Source of the DNA: Macrostomum lignano
Taxonomy: Eukaryota
Assembly: GCA_002269645.1 (NCBI GenBank)
Contig: NIVC01001768.1
Location: 1 to 35,732, forward strand
DNA: 35,732 nucleotides
Direction of reading: 5' to 3'
Part shown: positions 1-10,578 of the stretch, in pieces
Numbering within the stretch: position 1 is the stretch's first letter
Layout of the letters: the number at the start of each line of letters is the position of its first letter
Notes under the pieces: model-generated
What the model was told of the DNA's origin: nothing
What the model saw: only the letters and a program-made list of their open reading frames with translations
The model's database searches: none
Translations under genes and position numbers: made by a program

Positions 1-1325
1 TGTTTCTGCTTTTCTTCACTCGGCTGCAAAAGTTCCGGCTGGCGCTGCTGGCAGCAGTGCTTTTTTTTTCTTCTTTTAGCATGTCCGCTTCAACTCGGAT
101 TCCGACACTAATCGATTTGATAATAATCAGGCAGCGTGTAAATGTATCGTGTTGGGAGAAATTCGAACTAAGGCACCCCTTTTTAGTGAATATAAAACTA
201 ATGGGTTTATGGAGTGAAAAATTTGTCCTGAAAGTGGCTCATTGGGGATAAACAAGCGGCAGGTAAAATCATGTTGAAATATTTTGAGCTAAATGGCTTG
301 CCATTTTTCCCATTTTCTTCGGGAAAATATACGAATATTCCCAAACGATGAATTCTGACGTACAAATACGATTAATGAGATCGGGAAAAATTCTGTCCGG
401 AAAGTGGTTTAATAGAGATTCATCAAGCAACAGGTAAAAGTATCGTATCTGAAGATTTTGAGCAAATTTGATTCCACTTTTTGTCAATTTCTTTGCGAAT
501 AATAATTGTAGGACAAATGGGATTATGAAGGTCGTGAAAAATTCAATCCTGAAAACCACCTTTCTTGAAATCTGGTAGTTGGGGAATTTACAAATGGGAA
601 TAAAGCTGGTAGATAAGGGGGACGTTGTACGATCTAAAATTTTTAAATCATTCGAATCTTTGAGGCTAAACAATTTTATAACAAGTCGTCATCAAGTTAT
701 ATTGCTTGCTTGCTTTCATAAGCTCAAACTTTAACATAGTCAAGTCCTGCTACGAGTTTGTTTCAGTTCGTTATTTATTGGTCACCTCCGCTAGCTCACC
801 ACTGAAACAAACTCGAGGAAGTGTAAAGTTTTGAGCCTGTGAAAGCGACAATGTAAATAGGAAAGTGGAAAGTCGTCGAAGCCGAAAATATTAATTTGTG
901 TAAAAAGCTTATAAGATAAAATTATGTTAATTGAATATGAACGGGATAATGTATAAAACTTGGATATTCAATCACTATATGTTAGATCAAGACCAGGGAT
1001 ACTTTTCAGGCAATTTTTCAACCTCTGATGAAGCTTAGGAGAGCTAGTATAGAGTCTTAAACTGCAGTCAGCTATAGTCTAAGCAGACTTAGCAAATAGA
1101 ATTTGGGCCAAGAAAGTCAAATAAAGAATGAGAAGGAAAGGAGAATACGTGGGCAGGTTGCCAAAGGCTTTCTAACTTCGAGTATGAAAATCAATAAATC
1201 TTGCTTGTTTGCAAGATTTAGCAGCGAGCGCGGCCTCCCCAAGCATTTACTTACCGCGACCTCTGACCTGGCAATCACCTCCTGATCTTGCCGACTCAAG
1301 AGAGATCGTGTCGTTTGAGCAGCTA

Positions 1326-2617
1326 CGAGGGGCACTATTAAAGTTCTGAGCCTGACCAAGATCTTATAGTGGCAAAGTGTTGAAACTTTAGGCTCTAAAA
1401 GCGCCACATGTTAATAGTCTATTGTCAACTTTTCAGAATTTTCTGCATTCCCTAAGTCCCACTGCACCATTTTATTTCCTGCACCCCATGGCATTTTCTC
1501 AAGAATTGAAGCTTGAGCACAGGGCAGTGATTAAATTTCTGACTCTGGAGGGCTCAAAGCCTGCTGAAATTCAAAGCCGCATGGCTAGTGTGTACGCTGA
1601 CGCTGCCCCCTCATACGCCACCATAAAGTGCTGGGCAGCCGAGTTCAAGCGTGGCCGCGACTCGCTCGAAGATGACCCCCGATGTGGACGACCCCGGACT
1701 GCTGTCACTGCCGACAACATCCAGCGCATCCAGGCTCTGGTTGACAGTGACCAGCGGGTGAAAGTCAGGGAACTTGCGGCAGACACTGGACTCTCTGACC
1801 CGCAAGTCATTGAGATCCTGCACCAGCATCTTCATCTGTCCAAGGTTTCTGCCAGATGGATCCCACGAATCTTGACAAGGGACCAAAAGACCGCACGGGT
1901 GCAGTACTCAAAGCTTGTCCTGGACTCCTACGATCCGGACCCTGCCAACTTTCTGTCCTGCTGCGTGACCGGGGATGAGACGTGGATCCATCACCACGAT
2001 CCCGAGTCCAAGCAGGAGTCCAAGCAGTGGCTGCCAGTTGGTTCACCTGCACCACTGAAGGCACGGACTGCATGCAGTGCGGGCAAGATTATGCTCACCG
2101 TCTTCTGGGATGCCAAGGGCCCGCTGCTGCTGGACTTTCTACCGCACAAGCAGACAGTCACAGGCGCCTACTACGCTGACCTGATCGCCCGTCTGCGCGA
2201 AGCAATCAAGGAAAATAGGCGAGGGATGCTGAGCCGAGGTGTTGTGCTGCTGCACGACAATGCACCGGCCCACACTAGCAGGATTGCCAAGGCTGCTGTC
2301 AGTGTCGCAGGGTTTCGAGAGCTGCCGCACCCAGCCTATTCACCAGACCTGGCCCCGAGCGACTTCCACCTGTTTCCACATCTCAAGCGGGCGCTCCGTG
2401 GACAGCGATTTGACACTGATGATGCGCTGAAGGATGCTGCAACTGCTTGGTTTGAGGGCTGCTCGGTGCAATTCTTCCAGAGTGGCATTGAGGCGCTGCG
2501 ATCAAGATGCCATAGTGCATCTTGGTTGGGGGAGACTATGTTGAGAAAAGCTGATCTCACTTTGCCCATATCTCCTCTCTTTCATATTAAGGCTCAGAAC
2601 TTTAATAGTGCCCCTCG
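1326..2617 (+). mobile_element. Full-length mariner (Tc1/mariner, DD34D) DNA transposon, young copy
   Basis: Perfect 28-bp TIRs CGAGGGGCACTATTAAAGTTCTGAGCCT at 1326-1353 and 2590-2617 (reverse complement). TA target duplications at 1324-1325 and 2618-2619. Length 1292 bp, containing a transposase ORF. Confidence 0.97.
1488..2554 (+). CDS. Mariner transposase (~355 aa) with a 1-bp frameshift near the C-terminus
   Basis: ATG at 1488 (MAFSQELKLEHRAVIKF). Motifs GRPR, WIPRIL, VTGDETW, HDNAPAH and YSPDLAPSDFHLF, with 34 residues between D2 and D3. The canonical mariner end CILVGGDYVEKS* (TGA 2552-2554) lies in another frame after a 1-bp deletion at ~2514. As written, the ORF runs on to 2624. Confidence 0.93.
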
Positions 2618-2623
2618 TAATTA

Positions 2624-4002
2624 GAATTGCTCAGCGGGTCTCAGACTCAATGGGGAATTGCTCAGCGGGTCTCAGACTCAATGGGGAATTGCTCAGCGGG
2701 TCTCAGACTCAATGGGGAATTGCTCAGCGGGTCTCAGACTCAATGGGGAATTGCTCAGCGGGTCTCAGACTCAATGTGGAATTGCTCAGCGGTCTCAGAC
2801 TCAATGGGAAATTGCTCAGCTGCCTCAGACTAAATGGAGAATTGCTCAGCTAGCCACAGACTAAATGGGGAATTGCTCAGCTAGCCACAGACTAAATGGG
2901 GAATTGCTCAGCTGCCTCAGACTAAATGGGGAATTGCTCAGCTAGCCACATACTCAATGGGGAATTGCTCAGCTGCCTCAGACTAAATGGGGAATTGCTC
3001 AGCTAGCCACATACTCAATGGGGAATTGCTCAGCTAGCCACAGACTAAATAGGGAATTGCTCAGCTAGCCACAGACTTAATGGGGAATTGCTCAGCTAGC
3101 CACAGACTAAATGGGGAATTGCTCAGCTAGCCACAGACTAAATGGGAATTGCTCAGCTAGCCACATACTCAATGGGAAATTGCTCAGCTGCCTCAGACTA
3201 AATGGGGAATTGCTCAGCTAGCCACATACTCAATGGGAATTGCTCAGCTAGCCACAGACTAAATGGGGAATTGCTCAGCTAGCCACAGACTTAATGGGGA
3301 ATTGCTCAGCTGCCTCAGACTAAATGGGGAATTGCTCAGCTAGCCACAGACTAAATGGGGAATTGCTCAGCTAGCCACAGACTAAATGGGGAATTGCTCA
3401 GCTAGCCACAGACTAAATGGGGAATTGCTCAGCCGGCCACAGACTAAATGGGGAATTGCTCAGCCGGCCTCAGACTCGATGGGGAATTGCTCAGCCGGCC
3501 ACAGACTAAATGGGGAATTGCTCAGCCGGCCTCAGACTCGATGGGAATTGCTCAGCCGCCTCAGACTCAATGGGAAATTGCTCAGCCGGCTCAGACTCAA
3601 TGGGAATTGCTCAGCTAGCCACAGACTCAATGGGGAATTGCTCAGCCGGTCTCAGACTAAATAGGGAATTGCTCAGCTAGCCACAGACTCAATGGGGAAT
3701 TGCTCAGCCGGTCTCAGACTCAATGGGGAATTGCTCAGCTAGCCACAGACTCAATGAGGAATTGCTCAGCCGCCTCAGACTCAATGGGGAATTGCTCAGC
3801 CGCCTCAGACTAAATGGGGAATTGCTCAGTCGGTCTCAGACTCAATGGGGAATTGCTCAGCCGGTCTCAGACTCAATGGGGAATTGCTCAGCCGGTCTCA
3901 GACTCAATGGGGAATTGCTTAGCCGCCTTAGACTCAATGGGGAATTGCTCAGCTAGCCACAGACTCAATGGGGAATTGCTCAGTCGGTCTCAGACTCAAT
4001 GG
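2624..4002. repeat. 31-bp minisatellite, ~44 copies
   Basis: Unit GAATTGCTCAGC(GGGTCTC/TAGCCAC/CGGTCTC)AGACT(C/A)AATGGG. Period 31 measured from 2624 to 2655. Variant types are clustered along the array. Confidence 0.97.
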
Positions 4003-4855
4003 ATGTTGCTAATATAAGCTCATTATGATGTCGAGTTAACTCCATGGCATGCAGGTGAGAACAGCCTTGATAAAGGCTTAAAATTTTAAGTTAGGAATAA
4101 AAAGAGGCAGTCATTAAATTTGAGCCATAATCAAAGCTGATTTTGATTAAAACAAAATTATTTTTATTTGTTTTTGAGCTCATAACACGACTGGATTTTG
4201 AGCACAGAATTAAAATATATTAGTAATTAAAGAATAGCAATTTGACTTTTTAGGGTCTAAAAAAATCAGCATCTCAACGACAACGCTGATAGGCACATTG
4301 TTCAGATGTATAGACACAACGATCGGGAACTGTTCCAAAATAGGATTCAACTTAAAACAAGAGCAGATGCTACAGAAAAAATTATGCAACAGATGCGTAT
4401 CACGCTACTAATAAGTAGGAGAGACGTAATTGCGCTAGCCGAAATTGAAGATTTTAGCCTAGGCAAGAGCTTTATATTAATAATGTGCACGATTGTATGG
4501 CTTTCTTTCAAAATTTCAAAAGTATTTGAAAACAAAAACATATAAGAAGTGGAAATCTGTAACACTGCTCAACAAGATTTTTATTTAGAACTAATAGACA
4601 GACAGATAAATCGAGCGATGGGGACATTATAGAATTAGAAAATAACTAAGCTATGCAAATAAAAATAGTAGACCGATTTTTGGATTAAATTTTGGCAGCA
4701 GCCATGACGTCAGAGCCAGTACTGTCGGTAAGAGGGAGGCTCTTTAGTCTATGGCCAAGTGTAGTGCTAGTCATCAACAGTTCGTGTTGCAACCTTGCTG
4801 AGACAAAAATATTAGTGGCCATCTATTTCGTTAAGTTCAAGATTATGCTGTCTCC

Positions 4856-5145
4856 ATGACCATTGCTAGGGCAACAAACATTAGTTGCTATGTCCGTTGC
4901 TTAGGTCACAAAAATTCTGTTTACATGTCCGTAGCTAAGGCTATACACACGAGTTGTTATGTCCATTGCTAAAGCCACAAACACTCTGTGTACATGTCCG
5001 TAGCTAAGGCTATACACACGAGTTGTTATGTCCATTGCTAAAGCTACAAACACTGTTTACATGTCCGTTGCTAAGGCTATAGATACGAGTTGATATGTCC
5101 GTTGCTAAGGACATCAACAATAGTTGCCAAGCCCGTTGCCAAGGG
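4856..5145. repeat. Degenerate 34/35-bp tandem repeat with alternating A/B units (69-bp dimer)
   Basis: ATGTCC(G/A)T(T/A)GCTAA core at 4890, 4925, 4959, 4994, 5028, 5061 and 5095. Alternate units resemble each other more than neighbours. Confidence 0.85.
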
Positions 5146-5313
5146 TAAAATACAGAGTCAATACACGTTACTTAGGTTGCTACACCGCTTGAAAACAATC
5201 CAAGAAAATCCAATAAAATTAAATTAGTCTAATGAAAACAAAATCGAGCATTGGCTTAACAGATAAAGAAATATCAAATAGGAAACACAAATTCACCAGA
5301 ATTCAACCTCGGC

Positions 5314-7252
5314 TCAGGGGGCATAGTCAAACTTGAACACCGTAGCCTGGCTGTACTTCGATCCGGGCGTCAGCAGTGACGACGGAAATTCCGGATGGTT
5401 GAGCGAGTCGGGATAGAGCTGGGTCTCGAAGCACAGGCCAGCGTGGCGGCTATACTGGCAGCCGCCTTTGCCAGGCACCGAGTCAATGTAATAGCCGGTG
5501 TAGAACACCAGCACTGGCTGGTCAGTGCGGCAGCTCAGCCTCCGGCCGCTGCTCAGCTCCTCGGCAACTCCGGCAGCTGGTGCCGATTCGTCATCAACCG
5601 ACTGACCAGAGGCCGAGTCTAACACGTAGATGTGATCAAAATTGATGCCGTCAGACAGTTTGCGGCCGGCGCCGCGAAGGTCGGACGGAGTGCCATCGAC
5701 GGGCAGTACGCGGCCAGTGGGCAGCAGCTCGGCGTCCAGTTCGATCAGACGGGAGCTGGCAAGCTGCCAAAAGTGGGGATAGGGTAGACTGGATGATGAG
5801 GCTGTTTGGGATTGGGGAGGTTGGATGGTGAGGCTGGATGATGAGGCTGTTTGGGGATCGGGGAGGGGGGTTGGATGATGAGGCTTTTTGGAGATGGGAA
5901 TCGGGGAGGCTGGATGATGAGGCTGTTTGGGGATCGGGGAGGCTGGATGATGAGGCTGTTTGGGGATCGGGGAGGCTGGATGATGAGGCTTTTTGGGGAT
6001 CGGGGAGGCTGGATGGTGAGGCTGCTTGGGGATAAGGGAGGTTGGATGATGAGGCTGTTTGGGGATTGGAGGCTGGATTATGAGGCTGTTAGCGGATTAA
6101 AGAGCATGGATGATGAGACAGCATAGGATTCGGGAAGTTAGATAATGAGGATGTTTGAGGGCCGTTTGGGGATTGGGGACGCTGGTGATAAGGTTAGCTA
6201 CATACATGCGCAACCCCTGATTCACACTGGCCGTGCGAATAACTTTTTGACCAAAAATTGGACTTGCCTGTGAAATGAACCTAGAGAAAGATTAATGCAA
6301 TTTTTGGTAAACGGCAGGAGTAACTCGGTGGTCTTATTAAGGCTAAAGGCCTCGTCATCTAATTAGTACTACGTCTATTTTTCGGGCTGGCCTTTTTGCG
6401 ACTTACCTTGGCTGGGACCCTCGCCAGCCGGCCGGGTGTTGCGCATGTTTGTGAGGCTGTTTGGGATTAAATAGGCTGAATTAGGAGACAGTTTGAGGAT
6501 TTGGGAGGCTTGGTGATGAGACTATTTGGTGATGAGGTCTGACGAGCTAGGACTTCTAAAAAGATTGGCGGCTGCTAATTCAGTTGATAATATCATCAAC
6601 TAGGCCATCCTTAGGCTTAAGTCCCTCCGCATAAGCGCAGTGAATTCCGAACCTGGACTCGATGATTAGAGACGTCACCGGACGAGTGGCCAGACAGATT
6701 GAAGTAGGCGTGATTAGTGAGGCTCACTGGACACGGTCGGTCGCACTCGGCCGAGTAGTTCAACCGCAGACTGTTGTCATTAGAAACTGTGTAGGTGACG
6801 GTGACGCGCAGGTTGCCAGGGTAGCCATCTTCGCCGTCCTTGCTAAGCAAGCTGAGCGTGACGGAGTCCTCGCCCAGATTGTCAATGTTCCACACTGCTC
6901 TGGTGAGTCCGCGCTCGCCGCCGTGCAGACTGTGCCGACCGTGATTGCGAGTGACGCTAACGGGTTGATCGCCGCCAGGCAAGCTGAACTGGGCGTCCTT
7001 GACTCGGCCTGGCTGGCGTCCAACAACAAAGCCGAAGTAGCACGGACAGCTCTCGTAGCCTTGCACCGTGTCGTAGCCGAGCACGACGTCGGTTGGGGGG
7101 TCGCACGGGTTGCGCGAAGGGCAGTAGAGACTTTGCAGAGCGGCACCATAGGTCAGCACGTGGGCCTCGAAGCCACCAGGGCTGCGCAGTACAATCTTTT
7201 GAACTTCGCGACCGTCACTTGTACGGCCGAATAGTTCGGACACGGCTACCAT
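5314..7252 (-). CDS. GALM: Aldose 1-epimerase / galactose mutarotase, 2 exons (7252-6653, 5763-5314), 349 aa
   Basis: Exon 1 (200 codons) has TYGAAL, DVVLGYD, HSLHGG, DGEDGYPG and LTNHAYFNL. Phase-0 donor CAG|GT at 6653/6652 and acceptor TTGGCAG| at 5764/5763. Exon 2 has LLPTG, FDH, FYTG, CFETQLYPD and ends VFKFDYAP*. Joined length and motif order match the family. Confidence 0.95.
5791..6195. repeat. 33-bp minisatellite in the mutarotase intron, ~11 copies (degenerate units continue to ~6540)
   Basis: Unit GGATGATGAGGCTGTTTGGGGATCGGGGAGGCT. Period 33 measured from 5912 to 5945. Confidence 0.92.
6201..6451. mobile_element. 251-bp MITE, same terminal family as the hAT element at 16477-18979
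   Basis: 14-bp TIRs CATACATGCGCAAC (6201-6214) and GTTGCGCATGTTTG (6438-6451), 1 mismatch. 6394-6415 is the exact reverse complement of 16534-16555. No clear TSD. Confidence 0.75.
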
Positions 7253-8222
7253 TTGTAATGCTTATTAAATGATGCAGCTGAAAGATGTGGCAAAAAGGTG
7301 GAGAGCATTCATCAAATAAAAAGGTAAATTATTTATTGGACAAGGCGGAAAGAAAGACAGATGCCGATTTTTATGGATTTAGAGACCGCCTCGGATATAC
7401 AGAACTACACATACACGAATACACAATTATCAATGGATAAAAGTACTTCAATAAGGACTTAGCTCATAAAGAATTGCTAAACTCTTTGCAGACAAACTTA
7501 ATTTGTTTCTCAGCTTGGTGACTTAGTTTCCGCTCAGACAAGGCTCTGCATTTATGAGGCTGTCTTTACAGCAGACAAAAATCGCAAGCAGCTCATCAAT
7601 CACCGCAGTATTCAAATGCGTTGGGAATTCCAGCGACGCAAGGGAATTCAATTTCCTAGGGTAGAAAGTGAAGCAATCTTATTACGCGGGTGCTAATTTA
7701 GAGCCACGTCTGCTTTCGAAGAGCGGACGAAGGATCCGCTCGCATATGTTTCGAATTCTCAAGAGTTGTATGTACACTAGCCACTCTGCACATTGCCTCA
7801 AAGCGAGACCAAATTTCTGCAAATTCCACTGCCTACACCTGAGCAAGCTTACAAGCAGTTGGGTGCTTATTTAGGCACACGTACACATAAATATACGCTC
7901 GTACATCTGCCCTCGACACAGACACTTGCATCACGAATTTGACTTTCTGTGCCTCAGATCGTGAACAGTACATGTATACATGAAGAATGTAAACTGTGAC
8001 CCGTAAAAATTTGGTCTGGCATTCACCCATCAGATTAATCGACATCTCTGAATTTAGTAATGAACTAATTTTTCATTGGCTCTCAGTTGAAAGAAAAAAA
8101 CGTGACAAGTCTCTGGTCTAAGCCAATGATCACACCGCAAAGAGCTTAAGTTTCGCCTCAAAATAGGCTGAGCCAAATTTCCTAAAATAATTCTCCCTTA
8201 GACTTTCACAAAAACAACTAAG

Positions 8223-10101
8223 ATGAATTACACCGGCATTAGCCAAGCAGAGCTGGTTGATCTGTTAATGTTAACAGCAGTTTCAGCGGTTGGCACATTC
8301 GGTAACTGCCTCGTGATATTCTGCGTGCTAATTCTCAGACGTATGCGCACCGTCACGGCGATTTTTGTTGCCAACTTGGCCGGAGCCGGGCTCCTGTTGG
8401 CCGGCCTGGTAGCACCAAGCTCAAGCCGGTTGCTGTGGAAACGCTTTGATAATAACGATGCGTCTGAGGACGATCAATGGTGTCGAATCTTCGGAGAATT
8501 GTTATTTTTTGGTTGCGCGGCTAGCGTCAATATGAGTGCACTGATTGCGGTTGCAAGGTGATGCTCACCATTTTTTGGACTGCTTTGGACTTGGCTCGTA
8601 TAATTTCAAATATTTATTTACGTGCACAGATTTATAAACTATTCTAAGGACAAGGATTTACATTAAGAAATGAAGTGTCTAGCAAATACTAGCAATATTT
8701 ATTCAACCATGACATTGCAGTACCTAGGGAATTAAAATGAAAAAGCTGCAAGTCTCGAATACCAAGGCACATACCAAATAGCTTCAGTGAAAGAAATAAC
8801 GAAGCGTTATTATAAACTACTCCAATTAAATACGGTGCAAACCAGGTACATAGCCGTGTGCCGACCGCACTTGTCTGCCTACCTGTTCAGACACTGGCGA
8901 GTGACAGGATGGTGTCTCGTCGCCTGGGTCTACACAGCTTTACAAGTGGTTGCACCCACCTGGACCGGACTGTTTCGATATGCTTACAACCCGGCAACAG
9001 GTGTGTGTCATCTTAATTACACCAGGCAGCCAATAGCTGTTGCTGTCTACATAAACTGCGCATGCTTCGCGCCAAGTGCGCTTCTCTGCGCCGTCTCATA
9101 CGCGCTGATATTTTGCAACCTGCGTCGAGCGCGTCAACGACTGGCAGCTCAGAGCGACGCTGCCGCAGCAGCCCGGCGACTACGCCGTGAGAGACGCGCA
9201 ACTCTGCCAATGTTCGCAGCTTTGATGGCCTTCCTGGCTCACTGGCTTCCCGTTATGGTGGCTCTGGCGCTAGATCCAGCCTTCGACAGGTAAAACAAGC
9301 GAATGCGTACTAACCATGCGCTAAATTGAAGTACAAGTGACCAAGCGATTTGTTTGCTCTAATCTCTCTGAATTAATTCCGCCTGAACAAAGGAACGAAG
9401 ATGCAAATCGCCACAAGACTGGTCTAATTTTTTCCCTGCAAAATATTTCCAGAAAATTCAGGACCTGACGCTGAGAAGAATAGGAATCATGTTACCAGTG
9501 CCTTTGAATTTATGTGCCACAGCTAGGATGCAGCAACCAATAAGCAGAGTAAAATCTGTTATGTAGTCATTCTTTTAATTAGGTGAATTTTAGCTCCTTA
9601 AAGCCTTGCCCCTATCTCAGATTCCAGCCCGGAGTGCACAGACACCTCGGCCTATTTAGCATAGCCAGCGCCTGCGACAATTGGATCATCTACGGACTGC
9701 TGAATCGGCATTTTTCAAGCGCTTATCGCGACGTTCTATGCAGCCTGTGTCGATGTTTGCAACGTCAGCGACAAATGAAGCATCGCCCAACAATAGCGCA
9801 TCGGCGCACGCGGCACCTGCAACGACAGCGATCGCTGACAGGCAATCAGCCGCACCGGCGCTTAGCGCCATTCTGCAACCAGGAGGTAGACTTTAATGAG
9901 CCAATCAATCAACGGCCGGAGCGGGAAAATGAAGAGCAAGCGTCGCTGTCGCATTATGGCAACGACAGATTAGACGTGATTAATGGCCGTTCAAGAGTTG
10001 CGATCACTTTTGAATTGCCAATGATCGAACGGCAGGCGATAGCTGCAGCAGATGATGATGAATCTAACTTAGACATTTGCGCGCCAATAGATGTATACTA
10101 A
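8223..10101 (+). CDS. Class A (rhodopsin-like) 7TM GPCR, melatonin-receptor/Tre1-moody-like; 3 exons (8223-8557, 8846-9289, 9621-10101), 419 aa
   Basis: TM1 GN, TM3 Cys, ARY in the DRY position spanning the first junction, ECL2 Cys (YNPATGVC), TM6 HWLP and TM7/H8 NWIIYGLLNRHFSSAY. Both introns are GT-AG phase 2. Exon lengths 335+444+481=1260 nt stay in frame. Confidence 0.92.
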
Positions 10102-10188
10102 TCTTTAGAATGAGATGCCTGCGGTATCAGTAAAGCAGCATTGGTACTCAACAGAGTTTACAATGGGTACTTTAAGCGACTAGCGTTT

Positions 10189-10194
10189 AATAAA
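10189..10194 (+). promoter_or_regulatory. Candidate polyadenylation signal of the GPCR gene
   Basis: AATAAA about 88 nt after the TAA stop at 10099-10101. Confidence 0.35.
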
Positions 10195-10578
10195 CTCGTA
10201 GATTTCACGCCTTTATATTCAATACTCGTAGTAATGCTAAAATATTGCATAGATCATTCATGCGCAGTCACTGTTTGCCGAAAGACTTCTGGCATCCAAC
10301 ACACTGGCATGGTTAGCGTTGGTGCATATTATTAGGTAGAAAAAGTAGGTTATTTTATAATCGACGCAAGTATTTCATTCCAATTTATGATTGCACAAGA
10401 TAAGAAGTATTTTTCACCATACAGGCAACTTGAAAATGGGACTTAGAATCTGCGTCACTTTATCGCTGGAGAGACCGAAGAAATGGGGGGATTCCTAGTC
10501 GACTGTGTTAGTGAAATAAGTGAGCGAAGATTGAATATATATCTGTACAAAAAGAACGAAAACTCAAATATAAGAATA

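Noticed and set aside
1422-1487. N-terminal extension of the 400-aa transposase ORF
   Set aside because: It starts at a non-ATG codon in the element's 5' UTR. Mariner homology begins at ATG 1488.
2624-4002. CRISPR array (also considered for the 27-34 bp arrays at 26.9-31.6 kb)
   Set aside because: Units are head-to-tail with no unique spacers, there are no cas genes, and the context is intron-containing eukaryotic DNA.
2608-4017. ORFs such as MGNCSAGLRLNGELLS...
   Set aside because: They are translations of the 31-bp minisatellite, and the frames rotate with the unit length.
4705-4712. Perfect CRE palindrome TGACGTCA
   Set aside because: A single 8-mer downstream of a gene end is expected by chance in 35 kb, and there is no supporting context.
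6662-7234. 190-aa plus-strand ORF and other overlapping ORFs
   Set aside because: These are antisense shadows of GC-rich mutarotase exon 1, with no recognisable motifs.
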